A stretch of 64,000 nucleotides of DNA from an uncultured Rivularia sp. GTDB lineage: Bacteria > Cyanobacteriota > Cyanobacteriia > Cyanobacteriales > Nostocaceae. The DNA is taken from the NCBI GenBank assembly GCA_963665115.1, contig OY762007.1, positions 224,001-288,000 of the forward strand, in the 5' to 3' direction. Below are positions 12,442 to 22,725 of this stretch, one piece after another (the first letter of the stretch is position 1; each line of letters begins with the position of its first letter). Under the pieces are notes generated by a model. It was not told the DNA's origin, searched no databases, and worked only from the letters and a program-made list of their open reading frames with translations. A program made the translations under genes and the position numbers.

Positions 12442-14538
12442 TTAGCTAATCGCAATAAAATCCATCCGTTCAATATCTTCGGGGTCGAATCCTATGACTC
12501 TTAAAGTAATTCGTTGACCTGCTTTATAAAATCTCCCACCTCTCCAAGCGGGAATGTAAGCATCTAGGCTTTTTAAAAAGTCATTTACAAACTTGAATTC
12601 ATCTATATCTAAATCTGGTTCTTCTACAAAGTAATCTTCATCATCCGGTTCATTTTGAGGAATTTCATCAATATTTATATGGCGAAGTTTAGAACGAAAA
12701 TTAAACGTATTAGTAACAATTACACATTCATTTTCTTCTGCTGGTTTCTCATCTTCGTTAATTAAATCGGAATCGCAACAGTAATCAAATTCTTCGACAA
12801 GTTCGCCAGAATCGAAGACGCTATATCCAACAGCACCAGATGTATCGCTACAACCGAAATCGATTGCTTTTGTTTTTAATAATTTTGAAATATTTTTGGC
12901 ATTTTGTTCATTAATTTGATTTTGCCATTGCTTCCTAAATGTCTCGCTGTCAAAATTTTTATAATCGTATGAAACGGTAATATTTTGGTCGCGGATTGCT
13001 GTCCAACTATGACCGGTAAACTGAAAGACGATAAAACAAATATCTGTCATTTCAATTTCTTTTTCAAAGACATCCTTTTGCCAAATATTTGCGTTTCGTA
13101 TTTGATAAAGTGCTTGAGAAACTTCTTCAATCGGTGCGTTGACAATTACACAACGGTCGTTTAAATCAATGGTATCAATACCGCGCCATTCGGAAACGGG
13201 TATTTCATGATAATTTCTGGCACCAGCATCTTTTAATAGTTTAATTATCTCGGAATTACCGCTTTCTTGCGCTCTCATAAAAGCGGTACATTCATAATCG
13301 GTGTGTATATTTACATCTGCACCTGCTTCAATGAGAATTCTGACAATTTCAGTGTGTTCTCTCATTGCAGCTTCCATTAAAGGTGTATGGTCGATATTTC
13401 CCTGTAAATTTATATCAGCACCAGCTTCAATTAAAGTTGTGACTATATTGATATGATTTTCACGAACTGCTTGTAATAAAGCTGTGTGTCCTGTTGGACT
13501 AAAGCCATTAATATCAACTCCAGCATTGATTAAATTTTGTACTTTTAAGAAATTTCCTGTTTCAGCTGCTTTAATTAAATCATTTACGCTTAAACCTTGT
13601 TGTGAAGCTCCTGCAACTCGCAGCATTTTCGCGATATTTACTCTTCCGGTTATTTCAATATTGCTAAGAATATTACCTAATTGTTCTAACTTTTTGAATT
13701 TATCTTCTAAACTGTTTGCGCCTTCAGATGAAATTTGCTCTAATTCTTCTAAATCAGGTATGGGTTCGGTTATGTCACCATGCTGATTTATAGAAGCGTA
13801 CATTAAAGCAGTATTGCCATTTTTATCTTTTGAATCTAGATCGGCACCTGCTAAAATCAACTCTCCTGCAACTTCTGCATTAGCAGATTTAGCAGCAAGC
13901 ATCAAAGCAGTGTATCCATTATCATCCTTCGCATTAATATCTGCTCCTGCGGCAATTAGTATTCGGGCAATTTCACCACTAGCTCTATAAGCAGCTTGTA
14001 TTAAAGGAGTAGATTGATTTCCATCTCTAAGATTAACTTCGGCACCAACTTCTAATAGAAATTCGACAATTTCTTGATGACAACTTTCCGTTGCACGACA
14101 CAAGCCACTATCACCATTTAACAGATAATTCACATCGGTACCAATACGAATAAAAGCTTTCACTATCTCAATATGTCCGCAAATTATTGCTGAGAAGAAA
14201 GCATCATAAAATCGTTTATTCTTTTCTTTATCTGCGTAATGACCAGCTTGTAAAAGTAAATTAACAATTTCAGTAAAACCATTATAAGCAGCTAAATCCA
14301 AGGGTTCTGACAAACCATTATCAACTATTGCGCCTGCTTCAATTAAAATTTTCGCAATTTCTAATTTACCTTTCTCCGCAGCCATTTCTAAAGGAGTCCA
14401 ACCGCTATTTTTATCTACTTGGTTAATATCGGCTCCACTAGCAATAAAATCTCTTACTCCTGCAATATCACCAGCTTGAATGATTTCGTAAATACTTTTA
14501 GAATTTGATTCGGATTCTTTTTTAGTATTGATAGACAT
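12442..14538 (-). CDS. Ankyrin-repeat protein with an uncharacterised acidic C-terminal domain
   Basis: About 11-12 GxTPL/ALxxAA...GAD(I/V)N repeats, then a non-repeat domain of about 250 aa. Confidence 0.9.
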   Translation of the reverse strand: MSINTKKESESNSKSIYEIIQAGDIAGVRDFIASGADINQVDKNSGWTPLEMAAEKGKLEIAKILIEAGAIVDNGLSEPLDLAAYNGFTEIVNLLLQAGHYADKEKNKRFYDAFFSAIICGHIEIVKAFIRIGTDVNYLLNGDSGLCRATESCHQEIVEFLLEVGAEVNLRDGNQSTPLIQAAYRASGEIARILIAAGADINAKDDNGYTALMLAAKSANAEVAGELILAGADLDSKDKNGNTALMYASINQHGDITEPIPDLEELEQISSEGANSLEDKFKKLEQLGNILSNIEITGRVNIAKMLRVAGASQQGLSVNDLIKAAETGNFLKVQNLINAGVDINGFSPTGHTALLQAVRENHINIVTTLIEAGADINLQGNIDHTPLMEAAMREHTEIVRILIEAGADVNIHTDYECTAFMRAQESGNSEIIKLLKDAGARNYHEIPVSEWRGIDTIDLNDRCVIVNAPIEEVSQALYQIRNANIWQKDVFEKEIEMTDICFIVFQFTGHSWTAIRDQNITVSYDYKNFDSETFRKQWQNQINEQNAKNISKLLKTKAIDFGCSDTSGAVGYSVFDSGELVEEFDYCCDSDLINEDEKPAEENECVIVTNTFNFRSKLRHINIDEIPQNEPDDEDYFVEEPDLDIDEFKFVNDFLKSLDAYIPAWRGGRFYKAGQRITLRVIGFDPEDIERMDFIAIS

Positions 14539-14737
14539 TTTTTACAAGCCCCGATTACAAAATACTTATCGTAATTTTAGTTGTAGCTTGGTTTTAAAAG
14601 AATCACCGACACCCTGGAAGGGTGCGGCTATAGATACGAAGCCCACCTTCGTGGGCTTAAAAATCTTTCTTTTTCATAGCCCACGCAGGTGGGCTTTGTA
14701 ATTGTAGCCCCACCCTTCGAGGGTGCGGGCTTGATAG

Positions 14738-15460
14738 TTAGGTGCGGCTCAATCTCACATAAGCATTATCGGTAAAAACCGGCACGCAATCGCTTACATT
14801 AACTCCCGCAGCTAATTCAACATCCAATTCAAAACCCCTCGCAATCAATTCTTTTCCCGAACTACATTTTTTCAAAACATCTAATAAATCGTTTTTAAAA
14901 CTATTAAATACACTAACAGCGGCTTCCGCTTCAGGTGATAAACTTCCAGATAAATAACTCAGAATTGCCCCAGCACCAATTAAATCTTCTAAAGCAAAAC
15001 GTAAAGAACCATCTTCCCATTTTTCACCTGCGGGAATTACAGCAATTTTAGAACCATAGTGTTGAGCAAATCGTGCTACAGCTTCACAATTTCGTAAGCA
15101 CCCAGCTAAGGTTGGTGTTTTTCCAGTAAGCAATGTTAGAGAAGAACCGTTTGGTGAAGGTAAAACAAGTTTAGTTTGCGGGGAAATTTTAGTTAAAGAT
15201 TGAGGGGAAAGAGAATAACCAGTGTTAGAAGTTCGTTTTGCTGCTAATTCTGCTTTGATTGACTTTGCATAATCCAGAGCCGAATTGTCTTTCCACTGAT
15301 ACGGAAAGATTATCGCGCCATTATTAGTAGCAATTTCGACAGCAGTTGAAAAAGATAAAACATCTACTATTACTACCACATCGCTTATCGGTGCGAGTTG
15401 GATAACTCCTTGTTGTCCCCATTCGCAACGTAAATCGAATTCCGATTGATTGAAAATCAT
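14738..15460 (-). CDS. 2-phosphosulfolactate phosphatase (ComB) family protein
   Basis: VVIVDVLSFST, SLSP, LPSPNGS, GCLRN, EDLIGAG motifs. Confidence 0.85.
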   Translation of the reverse strand: MIFNQSEFDLRCEWGQQGVIQLAPISDVVVIVDVLSFSTAVEIATNNGAIIFPYQWKDNSALDYAKSIKAELAAKRTSNTGYSLSPQSLTKISPQTKLVLPSPNGSSLTLLTGKTPTLAGCLRNCEAVARFAQHYGSKIAVIPAGEKWEDGSLRFALEDLIGAGAILSYLSGSLSPEAEAAVSVFNSFKNDLLDVLKKCSSGKELIARGFELDVELAAGVNVSDCVPVFTDNAYVRLSRT

Positions 15461-15614
15461 CTACTATCGTACCCACAAATCAATAATGTAGAGACGTAGC
15501 AATGCTACGTCTCCATATCTAGCGGAATCATGCAAAATTTTTCATCAATACTATTTCACTAAATTATCGACACAAACCTAAATATCGGGAGACGTTGCAC
15601 TGGGCACGCCGTCT

Positions 15615-16802
15615 CTACAATTCTGGTTCCAAACGAATCAATTTCCCATCACCTCGATCTGTAATCACATACAATTTCCCATCGGGAGCAACCTTAACAT
15701 CCCTTACCCGTTCGCCAATTTCAATCGATTTTTCACTAACGACATTACCTTTTTCATCTAAATCAATATGACGCACATCTGCCGATCGCAAACCACCCGC
15801 AAATAAATCGCCGTTGTAAAATGCTAGTCCTGAAGGTGCTACTGCTGGTGTCCAAACTACTTTAGGATCTACCATTCCAGGACGGGAACGTTCTTGAGAA
15901 ATTTCTCCTCCAGTATATTCTTGACTATAGGTGACAATTGGCCAACCATAGTTTTTACCTGCTTCGACTAAGTTGACTTCATCACCACCTCTAGAACCGT
16001 GTTCGGTTGACCAAACTCTTTTATTCTCGGAGTCAAAAGTTAACCCTTGAATATTCCGATGTCCGTAACTCCATATTGCTGGATTGGCATTTTCCGTTTC
16101 TACGAAGGGATTATCTTTGGGAATTGAACCATCGTCATTGAGTCGGACAATTTTACCAAGGTGACTGTTAAGTTTTTGAGCTTGTTCGCGAGATAATTCT
16201 CCATTAATTTTCAGTGGTGGATTACCACCGTCACCGATTGCTAACAACATTGTATTGTCGGGTAGCCAAACGATACGGGAGCCAAAATGTTGAGTACCGG
16301 ATTTTGCTGGTGATACTTCAAAGATTACTTGTAAATCCTGTAATGCTTTACCGTCGAATTTTGCTCTTGCTAATCGCGTGCGGTTTTTTTGTCCGTTACC
16401 GTGAGCATAAGTTAGATAAACAAATTGATTTTCCGCAAAGTTGGGATGAAGTGAAATCTCCATCAAACCACCTTGTCCAGATGCGAATACTTCGGGAACT
16501 CCAGCTACGGAAGTTGGTTCGAGTTTTCCGTTGCGGACAATTCGCAATCTACCGGGGCGTTCGGTAATTAACATTTCTCCATTTGGCAGCCATGCCATGC
16601 TCCACGGGTTTTCTAAACCTGATAATATCGTTGTTTTCTTAAAATTATTACTTTTGGGAACATCACCCGTAGGTTCGATTACATTGTTTGATTCCGAACC
16701 TATTGCTGACGAATCATTTAAGGGATTTTGGGCGGAGGAGCAGCCAGTAACGATAAAGGCGATCGCCATACTAGATAAAAGTCGCTTTGATAAATATGAC
16801 AT
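15615..16802 (-). CDS. PQQ-dependent sugar (aldose/sorbosone) dehydrogenase lipoprotein
   Basis: Lipobox VTGC; GLENPWSMAWLP, GQGGL, HFGSR, YGHRNIQG, EHGSRGGDE, GKNYGWP. Confidence 0.92.
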   Translation of the reverse strand: MSYLSKRLLSSMAIAFIVTGCSSAQNPLNDSSAIGSESNNVIEPTGDVPKSNNFKKTTILSGLENPWSMAWLPNGEMLITERPGRLRIVRNGKLEPTSVAGVPEVFASGQGGLMEISLHPNFAENQFVYLTYAHGNGQKNRTRLARAKFDGKALQDLQVIFEVSPAKSGTQHFGSRIVWLPDNTMLLAIGDGGNPPLKINGELSREQAQKLNSHLGKIVRLNDDGSIPKDNPFVETENANPAIWSYGHRNIQGLTFDSENKRVWSTEHGSRGGDEVNLVEAGKNYGWPIVTYSQEYTGGEISQERSRPGMVDPKVVWTPAVAPSGLAFYNGDLFAGGLRSADVRHIDLDEKGNVVSEKSIEIGERVRDVKVAPDGKLYVITDRGDGKLIRLEPEL

Positions 16803-17005
16803 TTTTAGGTTAGAGGTCAAAGGTTAAAGGTGGAAATTAATATTTTTATTTTGACGCTTAAAGGTGACAGGAGAATGTCAGGAATTTATTAATTTATAAT
16901 TCTGTAATTCTTGTGGGGTAGGCATCTTGCCTGCCCAATAATTATTTCCACCAACATTAAATCCATTTCGGCTTTTGCTTTGTATATAGATAAAGCTCGA
17001 TTGGG

Positions 17006-17533
17006 ATGGACACCACGATGAAGAAATACTTTACTAAAACGATTAAAGTTCTAACTTTGGCAGCGACTGCGGGTATTATTACTACCTTAGCAGCTTGCAG
17101 CAGTCCAGGTAACGATAACAATACGAAAGGCGTTGATGAAGCTCAAACACAAGAAGTTGCAACTGCATCATCGGCAACTCAACCATTAGCGCAACAGTTA
17201 CAGGGTAAGCCGGTGGTTGTGGATATTTATGCAGATTGGTGTGCTGGATGTAAGAAAATTAAACCTACTTTAGAAGCTTTGAAGAAAGAGTACGGTTCTA
17301 CAGCTAATTTTGTGGTTTTTGATGTTACGGATAAAACGACTACTGAAGCTTCCACTGCTAAAGCTAAGGAGTTGGGTTTAGAAGATGTATTTGCTAAATA
17401 TAAGGCTAAAACTGCGACTGTTGCTGTAATGAATCCTGCAACGGGTGAAGTAGTTGAATTATTTCAAAAAAATCCGAATAAAGGCGACTATGTTGCAGCT
17501 TTGGATACAACTAATAAACAAATAAATAATTAA
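17006..17533 (+). CDS. Thioredoxin-family lipoprotein
   Basis: Lipobox LAAC; DIYADWCAGC CxxC motif. Confidence 0.88.
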   Translation: MDTTMKKYFTKTIKVLTLAATAGIITTLAACSSPGNDNNTKGVDEAQTQEVATASSATQPLAQQLQGKPVVVDIYADWCAGCKKIKPTLEALKKEYGSTANFVVFDVTDKTTTEASTAKAKELGLEDVFAKYKAKTATVAVMNPATGEVVELFQKNPNKGDYVAALDTTNKQINN

Positions 17534-17735
17534 ATAAAAGCTGAAAATTGCAATTACAATCACCCGCAGACTGTAAGTCTGGGGCTATACAAACAAAGCC
17601 TGCCTCCGCAGGCTGTAATTAGTCCGCGCAGGCGGACTTTGCTTATGTAGCAGTGTTCAACTAGGTGCGGCATATTCTATTCGCCAGAATTTAATTTTAT
17701 GAATCCAAAATCCAATATCTAAAATTAATTAAATT

Positions 17736-18548
17736 ATGAAATATCAATTAAAACCAAATAATCTCTATTTATTGGCTTTTCTCTGCTTAGGAACTATCAT
17801 CATAGTTGTTTTCGGAAGTCATTTCCAAAACTTGTATTACAATCTAGAAGATTTAGTAAGACAATTAGAAGCTCCCTATCATAAATGGGTAGAGCAACAA
17901 AATTCAACCAGTCCTTTTCTCCTAATTCCTATTGCTTTTATCGGTGGTTTAATTGCTAGTATTTCACCATGTATTTTATCTTTGCTTCCGGTTAATCTCA
18001 GCTATATAGGCACCTTAAATATAGAATCTCGAAAAGATGCATTTTTTAAAGCGAGTTTTTTCGTTTTGGGAGCAGTATCTATATTTAGCTTATTTGGATT
18101 ATTTGCGTCTTTCGCTTCATCTGTAATGGTGGATTTTCGCGGATATATTAATGTTGTGGTTGGTGCGATTATCCTACTGATGGGGTTAAGTTTCGCGGGA
18201 TTATTTCACTTACCCTTACCTAAAAAACAGATACATTTACCAATTCCCGGCCCTTTTGGTGCTGGTTTAACATTTGCTCTGGTAACATCTCCTTGTGCTT
18301 CTCCAGTACTTTTTGCCGTACTCGCAACTGCTGCGGCTAGTGGCTCCCAAATTCTAAGTACGGCAACAATGATAAGCTACGCTCTCGGATATACAGCGGT
18401 GATATTCTTTGCCAGCTTATTTACAGGATTGGTAAAGCAAAGACAGGTATTGTTAGTCAAATCTCAGTGGATCATTCGTTTAGGAAGCGCTGCATTAATA
18501 TTAGCGGGTGGCTTTTATTTAGTTTCGGGCATTCGTTGGTTTTTCTGA
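17736..18548 (+). CDS. ccdA: CcdA/DsbD-type transmembrane thiol-disulfide transporter
   Basis: SPCILSLLP and TSPCASP motifs, about 6-7 TM helices. Confidence 0.85.
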   Translation: MKYQLKPNNLYLLAFLCLGTIIIVVFGSHFQNLYYNLEDLVRQLEAPYHKWVEQQNSTSPFLLIPIAFIGGLIASISPCILSLLPVNLSYIGTLNIESRKDAFFKASFFVLGAVSIFSLFGLFASFASSVMVDFRGYINVVVGAIILLMGLSFAGLFHLPLPKKQIHLPIPGPFGAGLTFALVTSPCASPVLFAVLATAAASGSQILSTATMISYALGYTAVIFFASLFTGLVKQRQVLLVKSQWIIRLGSAALILAGGFYLVSGIRWFF

Positions 18549-18549
18549 T

Positions 18550-19164
18550 ATGAATGTAGCAAAGCATACGCAAAAAAAAACAAATACTTTGCAATCTGAG
18601 TCCGATATGAATTCATCAAACCAGACAGAAGCAGAATTATTTCAAACATTGCAAGCAGGAGATTTATCGGCTTTAGGTGCTATTTATGACCGCTATGGCG
18701 AGGCTGTATATCGTCTGTCTTTGCGAATTTTAGGGGATACAAATGAAGCTGAAGACTTGACGCAAGAAATCTTTTTAGCATTTTGGCGAAATGGAAAATA
18801 TGACCCCAATCGAGGGAAAATGATTGTTTATTTACTGACAATGACTAGAAGTAGAGCAATTAATCGTTTACATCAAAAGTCCAGTCAACAGAGGCTTTTA
18901 CAAAGATGTCAGCGCAGTATTCCGACTCATGCTGAAAGTAATTTGATGGAAAAGGTTTCCTTGGGTGAAGTGTCCCAACTTATCAATAAAGCTTTAGAAG
19001 AAATACCCGAAAATCAACAGCAAGTTTTAAAAATGGCTTACTACGAAGGATTAAGTCAATCAGAAATTACTGGTAAGTTAAATATACCTTTAGGGACAGT
19101 AAAAACCCGTACTAGGCAAGGACTTTTAAAACTGAGAAAATTATTAAAGGATTTAGTAGATTAA
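18550..19164 (+). CDS. ECF sigma factor (SigK-like)
   Basis: AEDLTQEIFL (region 2), YYEGLSQSEI...IPLGTVKTRTRQGL (region 4). Confidence 0.93.
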   Translation: MNVAKHTQKKTNTLQSESDMNSSNQTEAELFQTLQAGDLSALGAIYDRYGEAVYRLSLRILGDTNEAEDLTQEIFLAFWRNGKYDPNRGKMIVYLLTMTRSRAINRLHQKSSQQRLLQRCQRSIPTHAESNLMEKVSLGEVSQLINKALEEIPENQQQVLKMAYYEGLSQSEITGKLNIPLGTVKTRTRQGLLKLRKLLKDLVD

Positions 19165-19166
19165 TT

Positions 19167-20000
19167 ATGGAACCTGATAAATTACCTTCAAACTGGGAAG
19201 CTTTGATAACAGGTTATGTTTTGAGCGATTTAACCCCAGAAGAAGCAGCTTTAGTAAAACAATATTTAGAAACTTATCCAGAATTAGCATCTGAAGTTGA
19301 AAGCTTACAAGCAACTTTAGCGCTGTTTCCCCTATCATTACCCGAAACTAAACCATCAGAAGGATTGCGATCGCAAATTCTCCAAGCAGCAGCAACCGAA
19401 TTAAATGTAAATCACAAAGAAATTTCTACCCCCTCTCCCCCTCTCCCCCTCTCCCCCCTCCCTTCTTCTTCTCCCAAACCCTGGTTAAAAATAGCCGGAA
19501 TAACCGCATTAGGATTAATTGCGAGTTTAGGATTTTTCAACTATCGACTGCATCAAAAACTCGCAACAGCAGAAACTGATTTATCAAACTACCGTTTACA
19601 AGCCGAATTATCCAAAACACAGCAAGAATTATCTCGCTATCAAGAAGCTTTATCCGTACTAAAACAACCGAATAATCGTTTATTAGCGCTCAAAAGCATT
19701 ACTCCAGATATATCTTCCTCTGGTAGTTTAGTAATTGCACCTAACTCGGAAGCTGCAATATTAACTTTGAAAAAGCTACCCGATTTACCAAAAGATAAAG
19801 TATATCGTCTATGGGCTTTTGTCGATGGTAAAAAAATTAAATGCGCCAAATTCAATCCGGATTCTCAAGGTAAGGTTTTACTGAAAATTCCTTTGCAAGA
19901 ATGGGGAAATACCACCGAAGTTTTTGTCACCATCGAACCAAAAGATGGTTTTGAATTACCTGTGGGAGAAACTGTTATGAAAGGTTCGACAGCGATTTGA
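19167..20000 (+). CDS. RskA-type anti-sigma factor
   Basis: N-terminal GYVL..L..EE helical domain, one TM, coiled coil, C-terminal YRLWA...VTIEP..G...PVG. Confidence 0.88.
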   Translation: MEPDKLPSNWEALITGYVLSDLTPEEAALVKQYLETYPELASEVESLQATLALFPLSLPETKPSEGLRSQILQAAATELNVNHKEISTPSPPLPLSPLPSSSPKPWLKIAGITALGLIASLGFFNYRLHQKLATAETDLSNYRLQAELSKTQQELSRYQEALSVLKQPNNRLLALKSITPDISSSGSLVIAPNSEAAILTLKKLPDLPKDKVYRLWAFVDGKKIKCAKFNPDSQGKVLLKIPLQEWGNTTEVFVTIEPKDGFELPVGETVMKGSTAI

Positions 20001-20324
20001 ATTAATTATCTTGAGATATATCCATTTGGTAAACTTATTTGGCATAAAATGAGTATAAAAATAACTATTTGGCTATTATTTACTTAACTACTCATTTTTG
20101 CATAGTGAAAGCTAGCATCAAAGTCAAAATTGAGTAAAACAAGGCTAGCTATAAGGAATTATTGTTTGCTATAGCTAGCTTCATACTGTATTTATCAATT
20201 GTCTTAAAGTTAGCGCTTATCTTCATAATTCTACTCAGTCATCACTCGGATTTACGTCTCAAAATGCTTTTGTTAGATTTTGATTGTTGAAGCAAACAAC
20301 ACTTTTTAACAAACGAGGTTTCAA

Positions 20325-21002
20325 ATGGTATCTAATTTATTGCAAAAGGTTTTAGTTTCCACCACCGTTGGTACAGTTGTTGGATTCTCAACAATTTTTG
20401 GGGCTATTAATTCAGCATCTGCATTAACAGTTGAATCTGAATCATTCAACAAGAAGGGAAAACAACAGGATATATCCCATATTGCCTTATTTATTAAAGA
20501 TAATTCTGGAAACGTTACCAAAGTAAAAATTGATGGTGTCTCTGGTGGTGCAAAATCTTACGATGCTACAAATTTCTTAAAAACATATTATCCAGATTCT
20601 GAAGTAGTCGCTTACCAAGTGAAAGCTAGTAACGAAAAATCTTTTGTTTCACTCTCAAAAGGCTATTCTGAAAATAATTTGCCAACTAAAGAGAACTCAG
20701 CTGATAAAACTTATCAATACTCAAATGTTTCTAATCTCCCTGAGCCAAAACCCCAGCAATCCGAACAAAAACCTGCTCCCACTCAACCAGAAGAAAAACC
20801 TGCTCCCACTCAAACTGAAGATACTACTTCAAGCAACGAAGAATCACAACCTTCTGCACCTCCAAAATTTGTAGTAGCTGCTCCTCCTGCTCAGACAGAC
20901 TCTTCCACCGAACCAGTTTCAGTTCCCGAACCCGGAAGTATGGCAGCAATAGTAATATTTGGATTAGGTGGATTGCTAGGTAAAAAGAAAATCTCTTCTT
21001 AG
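20325..21002 (+). CDS. PEP-CTERM exosortase-sorted surface protein
   Basis: Signal peptide (SASA), Pro/Glu-rich linker with a 27-nt duplication (EQKPAPTQP/EEKPAPTQT), C-terminal VPEP-TM-KKK. Confidence 0.9.
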   Translation: MVSNLLQKVLVSTTVGTVVGFSTIFGAINSASALTVESESFNKKGKQQDISHIALFIKDNSGNVTKVKIDGVSGGAKSYDATNFLKTYYPDSEVVAYQVKASNEKSFVSLSKGYSENNLPTKENSADKTYQYSNVSNLPEPKPQQSEQKPAPTQPEEKPAPTQTEDTTSSNEESQPSAPPKFVVAAPPAQTDSSTEPVSVPEPGSMAAIVIFGLGGLLGKKKISS

Positions 21003-21315
21003 AAAAAGGTACCGTTGTCTATAGGGCTGCATCACTATTTATATAATTTGACTTGAACAATAATTTGAGCAAACATTTTCACTGTGTGCTGAAAATATAA
21101 ATAATTATCTTTATCTTTTCCAAACATACTCGTAATAATCTTTTTTCATACTTCTACACTCTTATTCATCGAGTGTGGGAGTATTCTACTGTTTATCGAC
21201 TAATTTTTATTTTTGATTTATCTAATAAAGCACAGTAGCATTCTCTATTAACTTTACTCCGAACTAAATCTAAGATAATATGCGGGGAAAAGTTTTTTAA
21301 CTAAGATTTACCATA

Positions 21316-22067
21316 ATGAATAATTTTTCTCCACCAAGAACTGTTACTTCTCAGAGAGAACAATTAAAATTCATAACTAAATTAGCTTATGGTGCTGGAG
21401 AGTTAGGAGGAGCAATTCCGAATAATATTTTAGTCTTTTTCGTTCTTTATTTCTTCACCAATATTGCGGGATTAAGTGCAGGTTTCGCTGGTAGCCTGAT
21501 ATTAGTTGGTAAAGCTTGGGATGCAATCAATGACCCTTTAATTGGCTGGTTAAGCGATAAAACTCGTTCTCCTTTGGGTAGACGTTATCCCTGGATGCTA
21601 ATTGGTGCAATTCCTCTTGCAATATCTTTTTGCTTACTTTGGTTTACTCCACCAATCGCAAACCAATGGCTAAAATTTGCTTACTATAATATTATTTTTA
21701 TTATTTATTATGCTGCTGTTAGTTCTGTATGGGTTCCTCACTCTACATTAGGAGCGGAATTAACAACCACTTATAATGAGCGTACCGACATCATTTTTAT
21801 GGATTCGTTGTACAAACGCAAAAGTTTTGTGTTGCAGCAGCGATATTTTTAGTTGGCAAAACATTAGATTGGTCGGGATTAATTCCCACAGTTGCGTCTC
21901 AAGCACCTCCAATACAGCCAGATTCCGCATTATGGGCAATTCGGTTGATAATTGGTCCCATCCCAACTTTACTTCTAATTATCGGTTTCGTTATTGCTTA
22001 TATTTATCCAATTACTCGATCCAAACATGAAGAAATTGTTTTGAAATTAAAAGAAAGGAGGGAGTAG
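21316..22067 (+). pseudogene. GPH (MelB-like) MFS sugar symporter with large internal deletion
   Basis: N-terminal KLAYGAG, WDAINDPLIG, GRRYPW, YNERT; after about 21792 another frame gives the C-terminus FYGFVVQTQK...QPDSALWAIR...YPITRSKHEEI..RE*; central TMs missing. Confidence 0.82.
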
Positions 22068-22171
22068 GGGATTGGGCATTGGGCATGGGGCATTGGGAAT
22101 CTTGAAGATACTTAATTAACATACCCTCCATATAAAAATTGATAATTGTTGATTGATAATTGTTTTAACAA

Positions 22172-22651
22172 ATGCTTTATTCTTTCTCACTAATGAACGA
22201 AGAAAATGCCAGAATAATTTTAAGTTGGCGTTATGATGAATCATTAGACTTTTATAATCCTAATCCTTTTCAAATAGAAGAAACCGTACAAGATTTTTTA
22301 AATCCTGGAAACGCTTACTACAGTATTTTCAATAATCGTAATGAACTTGTCGCTTATTGTTGCTTTGGTGCAGATGCAAGAGTCAAAGGTGGTAATTACG
22401 ATATTGAAGCTTTAGATATTGGATTTGGGATGCGTCCAAATTTAACTAGACGAGGAATTACTTTTCGCATAATTAACGGTGTATATGATTTTGCAAAAAG
22501 TCATTTTTCAACAACTTTGTTTCGCGTGACTGTAGCTGAATTTAACCTGCAAGCAATAAGACTATATGAAAAAGCTGGTTTTAAACAAGTTCATAAATTT
22601 AAAAGAGAGCAAGATGGTATATATTTTTTGGTTTTAGCTTTGGAAGTTTAG
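22172..22651 (+). CDS. GNAT acetyltransferase (RimJ/RimL-like)
   Basis: DIGFGMRP.LT..G, VAEFNLQAIRLYEKAGF. Confidence 0.88.
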   Translation: MLYSFSLMNEENARIILSWRYDESLDFYNPNPFQIEETVQDFLNPGNAYYSIFNNRNELVAYCCFGADARVKGGNYDIEALDIGFGMRPNLTRRGITFRIINGVYDFAKSHFSTTLFRVTVAEFNLQAIRLYEKAGFKQVHKFKREQDGIYFLVLALEV

Positions 22652-22725
22652 TGATTTTAAATGCTGAGAAACCCGATTTTTTTTTAAAAACCGGGTTTCT
22701 GAATTCTCAATTTCGTTATCAATAA

